Shown in pieces: positions 21,226-31,276 of a stretch of 64,000 nucleotides of DNA. A program made the position numbers and the translations under genes. Below the pieces are notes generated by a model. It had not been told where the DNA came from and ran no database searches. It saw only the letters and a list, made by a program, of their open reading frames with translations. The stretch covers positions 7,680 through 71,679 of the forward strand of contig CAWGYL010000007.1 in NCBI GenBank assembly GCA_963826885.1, written 5' to 3'. Position 1 is the first letter of the stretch, and each line of letters begins with the position of its first letter. The stretch comes from Nitrospirota bacterium. GTDB lineage: Bacteria; Nitrospirota; UBA9217.

Positions 21226-22320
21226 TCACTTCATTCTGTTTACGTGATCCGCACGAGCAGGGGGGCGGATCAAGACCCGGCCTTCCTCTCCTTCGCTTCC
21301 CTCCACCTGGCCATCAACATCCATGAACTGCCGCATAACCCAGAGGTTCGTGAGAAGATGCCGGGTGACACGGCTGGTGGTGAACTCGGACGGGCCCTGA
21401 CAAAAGGCAAGCCACGGTACGACTTGGTCCGTCAAATAGGGGTCCAGCGCACCCTTTGCTTGCAGATAAGACAGCAGCCCGTTGCATGCTTCGTCAGCCA
21501 CCTCTTCGGCTCGCTTGCCGATGGCTCCGAGGCTGCCGAACCCTGCTGAGCAGTGCTCGAATTCCGCAGCAAGGAACAGGAAGGAGCCCTTGCCGGGCGA
21601 CGGTGCTGACAGGGTCTCAATGGACGCATCAATGCCCTGTCTGCTGAGGATTGCAAGCGCCCGATAACGCTGGCGCGTAGCAATGTGGTTTGGAAGGTTC
21701 GAAACTGCCGAGATGCCGGTGACACGCAATAGACCGCCCCGGTCGATTAACGTGAGTGGCCGGAGTGCTCGTGCCGGCGTGATCCGGGCGGAGATCTGAC
21801 CGTTGCCGATAGGGTACCAGCCCCAGGATGCGATGGAGTACTCGGTTTGTACACCGAGGCGGAAGAGGAGGGGGGCTACGATGGACTTCAGATAGTGGAA
21901 CGACGGGCTCCAGGGCACATGAGTCCCGCCCTTCACGGTGACTAATGATGATTTTTCTGCGAAACATAGGGGCAGGAGTATGGACTGAAGTACAAGGCTG
22001 ACGCTTCCGGCGCTAGATTTCCTTTTAGCTACATCGAAGTTGTAAGCCCCGCCGCTTGTTCTGTCCGGCCGGAACTGAAGCGCCGTTGACGAGAGTTCGG
22101 CACCCTGGACCACAGCATTGGCAATAGACGCGGCAGCCATGACAGCCGTGAGGTGTTGCGGCTGAAGACCGGGGTTCCTCCTGGCCTTGCGGATATTAAT
22201 GATCTCCATCGGTTTTCTGAGCACGCAGGCCAAGGCAAGCGACGTGCGCAGGATCTGGCCCCCGCCTTCGCCAAAAGAGCCGTCAATGTACACCCTATGT
22301 GGGTCGAATGGGAGGTTCAT
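21226..22320 (-). CDS. rtcA: RNA 3'-terminal phosphate cyclase
   Basis: 'DGSFGEGGGQILRTSLALACVL', 'HLTAVMAAASIA', 'SAGSVSLVLQSILLPL'. The ORF call extends to 22455; the Met at 22320 is the likelier start. Confidence 0.8.
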   Translation of the reverse strand: MNLPFDPHRVYIDGSFGEGGGQILRTSLALACVLRKPMEIINIRKARRNPGLQPQHLTAVMAAASIANAVVQGAELSSTALQFRPDRTSGGAYNFDVAKRKSSAGSVSLVLQSILLPLCFAEKSSLVTVKGGTHVPWSPSFHYLKSIVAPLLFRLGVQTEYSIASWGWYPIGNGQISARITPARALRPLTLIDRGGLLRVTGISAVSNLPNHIATRQRYRALAILSRQGIDASIETLSAPSPGKGSFLFLAAEFEHCSAGFGSLGAIGKRAEEVADEACNGLLSYLQAKGALDPYLTDQVVPWLAFCQGPSEFTTSRVTRHLLTNLWVMRQFMDVDGQVEGSEGEEGRVLIRPPARADHVNRMK

Positions 22321-22806
22321 AGCATTAGGGTAATGTTTCACTTCTGATAAATATTGTACCAGACCCTTTGAGAAGGTGGGGTGATCTGCACTGGATAGTG
22401 CGACGGGGAAAATTATGTACAACAGACCTCTGAGGTACTGAAGGTTAAAGATCAATTACGGGAAAAACTGTCAAGTGAGGATGCAGTATGCGTAATGGGT
22501 GATCGAAAAGCAAAGCGTATTTGACCAAGTGCGGAGACAGGCGTTTCCAAGCCAGGGAAAAGCTGTGGACTAGCTGTCTGTATCCAGCAGTCTCAAGAGT
22601 GATGGATCCATCTTTCGGCGGGATGTCATCCTTTCGTGAATGGGCTCGTATGGTTTGGCGTCATGGTCCTTCTTGTCGATCTTCACGATCGGGCTAACGC
22701 AAAGAGGAATGATCCGAAAAGTTAATCAGGTTTATGAATTATAAAGTAAGCAGGGAAGAAGATGATTTAAAATGACGTTTGGCTGTTTTTCCCTTGAAAA
22801 ATATTA

Positions 22807-22835
22807 TTCAGGCGGGCAATAACTGCCCGCCTGAA
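22807..22835 (-). terminator. rho-independent terminator for the tetrahaem cytochrome gene
   Basis: Perfect 12-bp inverted repeat TTCAGGCGGGCA-ATAA-CTGCCCGCCTGAA. Followed on the minus strand by TAATATTTTT. Confidence 0.5.
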
Positions 22836-22910
22836 CAGGGATAATTGGTTGACAGGTTGCCAGGAAAACCGTTCAATCGTATTAACTTGACGAGCGATTT
22901 CTATCTTGCG

Positions 22911-23504
22911 TTACTGCTTTTTTTTGGCTGCCGGAGAACTCACTGCGCTCTCCGGTGCCGACGTTCCATAGGCTCGTTCATCCATGCTGTTGAACAAGTG
23001 CGTTTTTTCCGCTGCTGCTTTGGGATCGGCCTTCATGGGGTGGCATATTGCACAGAAGGTCTCCATCTTAGAACCATTGGCCGTATCGATTCTCAAATAT
23101 TTATAGTTGGCGTTAGAAGGATGCGGGTCATGACAGCTGACACACTCGAATTTCCCGTCTCTCAATAACTCAGGAGAAACGCGCGCGACTTTTGGATTTA
23201 CAGAACTGATTCCGAAGGGATGGCTCATATGCCCTTCTATGGGCTTGATTCCCTGTCCACCCTTTTCAGGGGTCTCATGACAACCAAGACAGAGTGCGCT
23301 GATTCCGGAATAAGCCTGTTTGGTCTTTGGATTGATGTCCTTCTTGTTTTGCTCGACGGCGAAAATGAGCGTCGGTTCCTTTGCAGTGTGAATCGCATGA
23401 CAACCGGTACACATTAAACCATCATGACCGCCCGCGGCAAACACCATGATCGGTGCGATACAAGCAACGACAACGATCGCTAAACTGAACAATAACTTTT
23501 TCAT
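22911..23504 (-). CDS. secreted tetrahaem c-type cytochrome
   Basis: Four CxxCH: 'CTGCH', 'CLGCH', 'CVSCH', 'CAICH'. Signal peptide 'MKKLLFSLAIVVVACIAPIMVFAAG'. GGAGGA RBS upstream of the Met at 23504. Confidence 0.8.
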   Translation of the reverse strand: MKKLLFSLAIVVVACIAPIMVFAAGGHDGLMCTGCHAIHTAKEPTLIFAVEQNKKDINPKTKQAYSGISALCLGCHETPEKGGQGIKPIEGHMSHPFGISSVNPKVARVSPELLRDGKFECVSCHDPHPSNANYKYLRIDTANGSKMETFCAICHPMKADPKAAAEKTHLFNSMDERAYGTSAPESAVSSPAAKKKQ

Positions 23505-23814
23505 TACGCTAAGTCCTCCTCGCCTGGGTGGCAGATTCATTATGTTTAATACCGCAACTATTATATATCGCAGATTGAGACACCCCTTTGCGGGCTTCCT
23601 ATGATGTCCGTCAGCATTGATATAGCAACGCCCGCAAATTATTTTAGGACAGAAGAGCCCCAAGATGACTATGCAGTATGCCCACTTTGCCCCACTACTT
23701 GCAAAAGGCCATCCTTAGTAATGGACGAGGTCATAAATCCGCCAATTTTTCACACAAAACCGGCACAGACGAATGAAAAAGGGTTAGCGTATGACAGCCA
23801 ACCCCCTGAAAATT

Positions 23815-23859
23815 TGGTGGAGCTGACGGGGATCGAACCCCTGACCGCAAGACTGCCAG
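23815..23859 (-). repeat. direct repeat A: 45-nt copy of the 3' end of tRNA-Ala(GGC), 2 mismatches (att remnant)
   Basis: 'TGGTGGAGCTGACGGGGATCGAACCCCTGACCGCAAGACTGCCAG' against tRNA 34900-34944. A terminator-like hairpin (23783-23810) lies upstream, as at the intact tRNA. Confidence 0.7.
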
Positions 23860-24332
23860 TTCGGTCTTGCAGATTTTAATTCATGACATGATTATTGTCA
23901 ATTGATTATTATTCTTATATTTCCTCGATTGGAAATAGTGTCTTTGTATGCCTGGTAATGCCTGTTTTTGACTGTCTACTATACAAAAACCATGCAGTCA
24001 CGCTGAGGCCAGTCGAGGGGGCTGATTCCAGCGGAGAGCTACCACGCGTTTCGATTAATTCCTATATCACCTACGGATTTTCTAAAATCGTGCTTATCGC
24101 CTGGCAGTACATACTTCAATCCGTAAAACAGGATTGTACCGCGCGGGGGGATATTCTCGCCTACAAGGTTTGATTTCGATGGATCGAGAACTAGGCCAAC
24201 AATAATTCATGCAAAAACAATATGTTTGAATATTCTGATTGTGCGGGCGCAGATCGCGCCCTGAAGATGGCTGGAATCATAGTTCCTCCGATTGGCAGGA
24301 TGCTAAAAGCATTGCCTTGGTTTCCTTATATT

Positions 24333-25202
24333 TTATTCGTGGCCGCCGTGCTGGCGCAGCAATTCCACCATGTCCTTGTGGCCCTTAAGCGCCGCCTCGT
24401 GTAAAGGAGTCACGCCGTTGTTGGCCTTGGCATTGACATCGGCCCCGTTGGCCAGCAGCAATTCCGCTACGTCCTTGTGGCCCTTACGCGCTGCCTCGTG
24501 CAAAGGCGTCTGGCCGTTGCTATCCTTGGCATTGACGTCGGCCTTGTTGGCCAGCAGCAATTCCGCCATGTCCTTGTGGCCCGACAGCGCTGCCTCGTGC
24601 AAAGGCGTCTGGCCGTTGCTGTCCTTGGCATTGACGTCGGCCTTGTTGGCCAGCAGCAATTCCGCCACGTCCTTGTAGCCTAACAGCGCCGCCTCGAGCA
24701 AAGGTGTATCGCCGTAGATGTCCTTGGCATTGACATCGGCCTTGTTGGCCAGCAGCAATTCCGCCACGTCCTTGTGGTCATTATTCGCCGCCCAGTGTAA
24801 AGGCGTCGTGCCGTTGTCGTTCTTGGCATTGACGTCGGCCATGTTGGCCAGCAGCAATTCCGCCACGTCCTTATGGCCCTCATGCGCCGCCAAGTGCAAA
24901 GGCGTCGTGCCGTTGCTATCCTTTGCATTGACGTCGGCCTTGTTGGCCAGCAGCAATTCCGTCACGTCCTTGTAACCATTAAACGCCGCCAAGTGCAATG
25001 GAGTCTCACCCTCGTTGTCTTTGCTGGAAACCAGATCAGGATTGTCATTAAGCAGCGCCTTGACCTTTGCCAAATCATCGGCCTTGGTTGCATCATGAAT
25101 CTCGCCGCAGAAGGCGAGGCTGCTCCATGCCAGCACGACCAGCGTGACGGCGGCGTAGCGTGGAATTGGGGAATGGCTGAGTCGACTAAAAAAAGAGTGC
25201 AT
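24333..25202 (-). CDS. secreted ankyrin-repeat protein (7-8 ANK repeats)
   Basis: Signal peptide, then repeated 'GxTPLHxAAxxGHKDVAELLLANKADVNAKD' units. The underlying DNA is a ~99-nt tandem repeat (24400-24990). Confidence 0.85.
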   Translation of the reverse strand: MHSFFSRLSHSPIPRYAAVTLVVLAWSSLAFCGEIHDATKADDLAKVKALLNDNPDLVSSKDNEGETPLHLAAFNGYKDVTELLLANKADVNAKDSNGTTPLHLAAHEGHKDVAELLLANMADVNAKNDNGTTPLHWAANNDHKDVAELLLANKADVNAKDIYGDTPLLEAALLGYKDVAELLLANKADVNAKDSNGQTPLHEAALSGHKDMAELLLANKADVNAKDSNGQTPLHEAARKGHKDVAELLLANGADVNAKANNGVTPLHEAALKGHKDMVELLRQHGGHE

Positions 25203-25693
25203 ATTATTTATGGTTCCTCCTATTGGCCGACCCTCTTCGTGGTAGCACTTGATGTTGTTGGGGCCGTGTATGGTTGAGTGGTAGCAGCGTTCGCTGCTTT
25301 TACTAGTTTTATGCTGCCCACCAAGTTGCTATTCAAATCGTAAATGGCGTAGACTGCGCCTTCGTTGGTCGTGATCACGATCGTTCCGTCCCTGAGTTCT
25401 GCCTTCGCTATGAGTATGGATTTATTGTCGACGGTTTTCGTGATAGTACTTTTTTAGTGTTGATAGTTTTCATTTGCAAATTCTCCGAAAGAAAAGAAGT
25501 GTGAAACTGAAATCTTTTGTTGCGGAATGTGTTTAGTATTGCAGAAAGACTTTATTCAGTCAAGGTGATATTACTAAATGAAGTATTGGTGTTTACAACA
25601 ATCGCAACTAAACAGCTTCGAGGCTGGGGTGAAAGACGACAGCGGGGCTTCTAAACAAAGAAGGACCTTCTCACGCGACTTCGCAAGGTTTTC

Positions 25694-26290
25694 GTGAATC
25701 TTCCCCTTCGCTGTTTTACTACGAGGTTCCTGGAAAAATGGCAAACAAAGCGAATGGAGATTAACGAACCAGCCACGGTCAACCGGCTTCTTGCCACTAC
25801 CAAGCACATGTTCACAACGACAGCTGAAAGGGAGATGGTGGATGAGGCTGTTGTAAAGCATGTTCTGGCAGTTAAACTGCTACCTGAGAATAATCGACGC
25901 CTGCGGTATCTTTCCACGGAGGAGTGCCAGACCCTTACAAGTGTCTGCCCTTCGTACCTCAAGGCGATTGTCATTGTTGCTCTTAATATCGGCATGAGGA
26001 AGGAAGAGATCCTATCATTGCAATGGGAGAAGCATGTTGATCTTCGGCATGGGTTTATTCTGCTGGACGTGACGAAGAACGTCGAGAGGCGGTGAATCCC
26101 GATCAACCAGACGCTCTGTTATGCAAGTCAAGGGTTACGAGACGGCTAGATAGTTCCTTTCTGTTCACCGATGAGAAGGGGGGGGCCGGTTCAGTACTCC
26201 TAGCTCATACCGGCAAGACAGCGAAGCGTAGCGAATATGGCACAAGTGTTTTGGCGCATGGCATCAAGGCGAGGACTGGTCTTTAGAATA
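25694..26290 (+). pseudogene. tyrosine recombinase (phage-type integrase) remnant
   Basis: 'LRYLSTEECQTL...AIVIVALNIGMRKEEILSLQWEKHVDLRHGFILLD' is in frame. Integrase-like C-terminal sequence continues out of frame to about 26290. No N-terminal domain. Confidence 0.55.
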
Positions 26291-26379
26291 CTCATTATGG
26301 GAAATGGAAACTAGGAAGGGAGGGCTGGATTTCTCCAGCCCTCCCTTAAGGGAGAGTTTATGCAATGATACTTAACAGA

Positions 26380-27822
26380 TTAGTCTTTCGCGTGACACTT
26401 GTTGCAATACGAACGGTTGAACGTCCCGAACGTATTCGAATTTCTGTCATAGTATGCAGCTTTCAGCTGTGACGTGGTATAGCCAAGGCTATTGGCGATT
26501 CTTCCGGAATCACCCGAATAAGCAAGTAATGCAGTGCTCCAGTTATCGGTACCAATATACAACCCACCCAGGGTAAGGAACTGGCCGGCCTGAGCATCCC
26601 ACCTGAGCATCTCCGGGAAAGCAGAGGCATGCACACGATGGCAGCTCACGCACATTACGTTTTCCGTCCCGGTGTTCGGGCCGACTCCGTATGCACCAGC
26701 TACGTTCGTGGCGTGCGAAGAAAGAGCCGTCAAGTTGGTCGAGGAGAGAGTAAGACCCTCTTCATAGGGAGCAAGAGAGTTGTAGGAGCTTGACGAGTTG
26801 CCAGAAAGGTCGCCGGAACCCAGATAGGCATTGTAATTGGTAGCTTCCATTCCAACGGCGTTGTTCAGAAGAGCAGCTGCTCCTGCCGGATGCCTATGGG
26901 TCGAGCTCGGGTCGGCAGCATTGTTCAAGATGCCGGAATGGCAGTTTCCGCACCACTCAGACATACCGCTACCATAAGCTACGCGGACACCATAATTCGA
27001 AGCGTACGTTGCGGCAGACTCCGTCTGGTTGTAAGTGCTGGGTGCAACGGCAACCGGAGGCATAGCTGTAAATGCAGCAGCAGCAGTCGTGCTGACTGAC
27101 TTGGGCAGATAGCCGATGCCGCCCAGGAACCGGTACACGCCCATGGCCTGGCCCGCGCTCAAAGCATTCGCGCCAGTGTTGCCGTACGAACCTGCTTCGA
27201 TGATCGGATCGACTTTGGAGCCAAGAGTACGCTGTTCTATCGTGCCGGTAGAGCTGATGCGGTAATCACTGTGCGGGTTATGGCAGCTGTTGCAATAGAG
27301 GTTTGCGGCAGGATAGGAGCCGCCCGGTGACACACCACCATTGGCTGCATAGTTCGTGGAAGAGGAGAGACCAAAATCGACAGCTACGATGTTATGACCA
27401 TGGTGCGAGCCGGGGTTCGTGGCCTTGCCAGCGGTTGATACGCCGGAGACCGTCAGCCATGCAAAGTCGCCAGCAGGTCCGCGCTCGACCGGGACAGCAC
27501 CGTTACCGGCGTACGAGGACATGACATGGTAGCTACCGCCTACAGTATCAGCAGCAGCGTGGCAGTTGAGGCAGGTCGAGCTCTGGTCACCGCCCTTTAA
27601 GAGGAAACGACTAGCATCATTAAACTCGGTGGCATTTGTCGGATTCACGTTCGTGCCGAACTTGCTGATGGGGATAATGGAGCCATTTAATGATTCGTGC
27701 ATGGTATGGCAGCTTTCGCAGGTTGCGACGCCGCCGTCATGGAACGCGTAAGTCGTGCCGGCAACGCCCATAATCATAAGGGCTGCGGCAACGACGAGAA
27801 TGCTTATTCTTAAACTTTTCAT
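26380..27822 (-). CDS. secreted hexahaem c-type cytochrome with low-complexity Gly/Ser/Ala/Thr-rich linkers
   Basis: Six CxxCH: 'CESCH', 'CLNCH', 'CNSCH', 'CGNCH', 'CVSCH', 'CNKCH'. Signal peptide 'MKSLRISILVVAAALMIMGVAGTTYA'. AGGAGG RBS. Hairpin terminator 26318-26345. Confidence 0.8.
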   Translation of the reverse strand: MKSLRISILVVAAALMIMGVAGTTYAFHDGGVATCESCHTMHESLNGSIIPISKFGTNVNPTNATEFNDASRFLLKGGDQSSTCLNCHAAADTVGGSYHVMSSYAGNGAVPVERGPAGDFAWLTVSGVSTAGKATNPGSHHGHNIVAVDFGLSSSTNYAANGGVSPGGSYPAANLYCNSCHNPHSDYRISSTGTIEQRTLGSKVDPIIEAGSYGNTGANALSAGQAMGVYRFLGGIGYLPKSVSTTAAAAFTAMPPVAVAPSTYNQTESAATYASNYGVRVAYGSGMSEWCGNCHSGILNNAADPSSTHRHPAGAAALLNNAVGMEATNYNAYLGSGDLSGNSSSSYNSLAPYEEGLTLSSTNLTALSSHATNVAGAYGVGPNTGTENVMCVSCHRVHASAFPEMLRWDAQAGQFLTLGGLYIGTDNWSTALLAYSGDSGRIANSLGYTTSQLKAAYYDRNSNTFGTFNRSYCNKCHAKD

Positions 27823-28559
27823 TTTGATCCTCCTAGAGTTTTTAACACACAAAACCTGAGTGTTGCTGGTTGATGTCGACGCCACCTCAATCGACATCCC
27901 GATTTGCTACATTGTGCTGCTATTGCCTCTTTTTCCCATTAACACCCCCTTTCTCCTTAGACAAGGATTCTCGTAACGAAAAAAATTACTGCCCAATCTT
28001 GCTTGAAAACGCTGACGCCTTGATGCGCGCCCGGAGATAATCCATTTCAATCGGAACGATCAAGCCGCCGGGTCCATTAAAATCCCCATGTCTTACCTAG
28101 CCTAAATTGCATTAAACATTCCATTTTTTTATTTCACAACATTAAATTTATGTCACAAAAAGATACGAGAGAAATATGCCTTCATAAACAAATCGTTAAA
28201 CATACTTTGTTACATATAAAAATGTTTTATAATATTATAATTACAATTTGTAACATAATTAAAATTGTGTTTTATATAAAATACGGTAGGTGAAATTACC
28301 AACATTCGGGTATTTGACCGTTTTTAAAATGCATCCCATCAAAACAACCCCTTTCATATGGAATTAAAGGCTGTAAATGCATGGCAGCTGAATTGTGCGT
28401 TTTACCAGTTTTATTAAGGCAGGCTTAGGGGAAAAATCAGGCGTGCTGCATGGAACGATTGCGGGACGAACTGGGAAAGTGGGTAGTTAGGGAAAATTTA
28501 TTAAATACGGAGAAAATCGTCTTTCACAACGAAGTTCAAGGAGGCAGAGGGACGTTATG

Positions 28560-28950
28560 CGAGATCAAGACGGCTATCGGTAAGGGGATTGAACCGGATG
28601 AGCAAAGAAGATAGGGCATTTTATCTTTAAGGACTTAGCGACAAAATATCTTGAATGGATAAAAGGCAGTCAAGCGTCGACAGAGGTCAAGGGATATATC
28701 ATACGCATGCTTGAAGGATCGGGAAATCCTGCTATCAGGCGACAGCGAAAATGTGGAAGCTGTCGAGCTCGTGCCACGTGCCGCTAAGAGTTAACATGCA
28801 CCTTGTCGAACAGTTACAGACAGATCTAAAGCGGAAGGGCTTGAGCCCCGAGAGCAAAACCACCTGAAAGAGACAAGCTCAAACAAAATCTTGAGCACTT
28901 TGAAGCAGCTGTTTTCGAAAAGCTATGAATGAGATATGAATATGGTTGAA
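28560..28950 (+). pseudogene. integrase N-terminal (SAM-like domain) remnant with stops
   Basis: 'FKDLATKYLEWIKGSQASTEVKGYIIRMLE...' then '...LKRKGLSPESKT...'. Interrupted by stop codons. Lies immediately tRNA-proximal to repeat B. Confidence 0.45.
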
Positions 28951-29000
28951 CAGTCCAAATGAAAAAGGGTTGACTATTGAACGTCAACCCGTTGAAAACT

Positions 29001-29045
29001 TGGTGGAGCTGAGGGGGATCGAACCCCTGACCCCACGACTGCCAG
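29001..29045 (-). repeat. direct repeat B: 45-nt copy of the tRNA-Ala 3' end (1 mismatch)
   Basis: 'TGGTGGAGCTGAGGGGGATCGAACCCCTGACCCCACGACTGCCAG'. Preceded by hairpin GGGTTGAC...GTCAACCC. Confidence 0.75.
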
Positions 29046-29531
29046 TCGGTCTTGGGGGTTTTTATTGCTGTAGTGTTTCGTGATAACTGGTTGTCTTTAA
29101 TCGGTTCACGTATGAAGAGTAGGGTAGCATATGGTCACTGACAATTTCTGTTTATGACTCTCTACTATATAAAAAACAAAAACTATACATTCGCATATTC
29201 CGGAGGATATCTGCCGAGTATTTCAAAACGATTTCATGATCTCGAACTTAGCTTCCGGCAGGACAGACTATAATCAGTAGTTTACTGTTAGACAACATCT
29301 ATGGCATAAATCCATTTACTCTCGCGTGAGAAAAAAACGCTCGTGACTAACCATCTTGTCCTCTTCTGCGTTTTGCGATTATGGCTCCTACTAGGAACAC
29401 GCTGATTCGCCTTCCATTCGTTGAATTCCAAGGTGTTATGCAGAATCGCTGAGGGTGATAGCTCGGCTTGACAAATTAATAAAATTAAGCTATTATTTTA
29501 TTAACATAATAATTGGGTTAGCACAAAATAA

Positions 29532-29903
29532 ATGGAAACAAAAAAAATTCTTATAACCGACGACAACAAAGATATTCGGGACGCCCTCGCCTATATCCTT
29601 GAAAAGGAAGGCTATAAACTATGGATGGCTAAAGACGGTGCCGAGGCTTTGCGAAAAGTGAAAAACGAACGTCCTGATATTGTCTTTCTCGATATCGTGA
29701 TGCCTGAAGTGAATGGCTATGACGTGTGCCGCATCATAAAAAAAGACCCTGTGCTCAAAAAAACATATGTCATCATGCTGACCGCCCAAGACCAGGTGGC
29801 GGAACAGGAACGCGGCAAGGAAGTAGGCGCGGACGAATATATCGTCAAGCCGTTCAGCCCCATGGAAATCCTTGCCATAATTAAAAGACTTGAGACTGCG
29901 TAA
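29532..29903 (+). CDS. orphan single-domain response regulator (CheY-like receiver)
   Basis: 123 aa. 'ILITDDNKDIRDAL', 'DIVFLDIVMPEVNG', 'VIMLTA', 'GADEYIVKPF'. AT-rich upstream region. Confidence 0.8.
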   Translation: METKKILITDDNKDIRDALAYILEKEGYKLWMAKDGAEALRKVKNERPDIVFLDIVMPEVNGYDVCRIIKKDPVLKKTYVIMLTAQDQVAEQERGKEVGADEYIVKPFSPMEILAIIKRLETA

Positions 29904-29957
29904 TCTCAGCAGTCGATCTCCCAACGAATAGCTGATTGAATTCCAGATAAACGCCTT

Positions 29958-30530
29958 TTCAGGAAACCATTTCGAGCATTAGGAAGGTCAAGCAGTTCAA
30001 AGAGGATAAGCGGCTCCGGTACCTGCATATCGAGGAAGCTCAGGGATTAGTTAGCGTTTGAGATAACCATTTGAAACCCATTGTAATAACTGCGCTGAAT
30101 ACGGGAATGAGAAAGGCGGAAATTCTGAAATTACGATGGGACTAGGTTGATCTTCATCACGGGTTTATCCTACTTGATAAAACCTGAACGGAAGCGGCGT
30201 GAGCTCCCTGTCAATGAAAGCTGAAAAAAGTCTTTCACTCCCTTAGCCGTCGGATCGGCGTAGCCTATGTTTTCTATGTTTAGAAAACATTGAAACCATA
30301 TCAGGTGTGAAGCGCAGCTTTGTAACAGCCCTGGACCGCGTCAAGATTGCGGACTTTTATCCCCATGATTTGCGGCATACGTTCGCTTCGCATCTTATAA
30401 TGGCCGGATTTGATCTGGTGGCCGTAAAAGAATTGCTCGGACACAAAGATATTAAGATGACACTCCGTTACACTCATCTCGTTCCCGGCACACAAGAGGA
30501 AGGCTGTCAATGTCCTCGACGCCCCTGAAC
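29958..30530 (+). pseudogene. tyrosine recombinase remnant (C-terminal half, stops and frameshifts)
   Basis: 'RYLHIEEAQGL', 'VITALNTGMRKAEILKLRWD*VDLHHGFILLDKT' with stops. Then in-frame '[42 protein letters not shown]' carries the catalytic HxxR...Y. Homologous to the 25694 remnant. Confidence 0.6.
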
Positions 30531-30625
30531 CCATCTCAAAACTCCATACCTACTATCAACTGCAAAATACTATACAAAAAATTGAAAAGGAGTTAGCCGA
30601 TGTTAGCTAACCCCTTGATAACTCT

Positions 30626-30670
30626 TGGTGGAGCTGAGGGGGATCGAACCCCTGACCCCAAGACTGCCAG
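30626..30670 (-). repeat. direct repeat C: exact 45-nt copy of the tRNA-Ala 3' end
   Basis: 'TGGTGGAGCTGAGGGGGATCGAACCCCTGACCCCAAGACTGCCAG' is identical to 34900-34944. Confidence 0.75.
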
Positions 30671-31276
30671 AGAAGGCTGATAAATAAGGCTTTTTTGCCT
30701 ATTTTTGTCTTTTCAAGGACATGCTTCCCAAAAACGGTAGATGTAGAGAACGCCAACGGCATTAAATGAACATCTTTGAACCCCTCTACTAACACACCAA
30801 CTGACACAGCTACTTTATTGTAAAAATGAAAGGACGATTCAAGGCCCTTGGGGCAACCACGGGCCATTTCTTTTTCCGATTCAGGCCGGCCGGAAGTACA
30901 TACTTCAATTGGTAAATCAGTATTGTATCGAAGGGGAAAATTCTGTCAGCTACACCTACATACTATAACGCTCCTGTCAAGAAGAAGATTTAATTTATTT
31001 TTATTCAACAGGATAACTTGATCAATATATTAAAAACGCACCTCTCTCTTTCGGCATTTACGCCGTTATCACTTTTATCGACGAGTCTCTCGCAACCAGA
31101 CGAACGACATCTCTAATAGTTATGTTACCTATGCGGCGTGCCGTATGGCCGCCAAGAATACCTTATCCAGATTCTATCGTTCAAACGAGAGGCCCTGTAT
31201 TGTAGGTGACGAGGTCAACTGCCCTCAACTATCATAAGCCCGGGCTCTCCCGTCGAAATAAATTTTGCGTACACCA

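Noticed and set aside
20898-21326. 142-aa ORF overlapping the Mth938-like and rtcA genes
   Set aside because: Pro/Arg-rich translation with no motifs. The opposite strand carries recognisable genes.
23531-23552. TGGCAG-N5-TTATG sigma54-like element
   Set aside because: Poor match to TGGCAC-N5-TTGC, and it is oriented away from the cytochrome gene.
24370-24990. Regular ~99-nt DNA repeats as a possible CRISPR array
   Set aside because: The repeats are coding (ankyrin units). There are no spacers and no cas genes.
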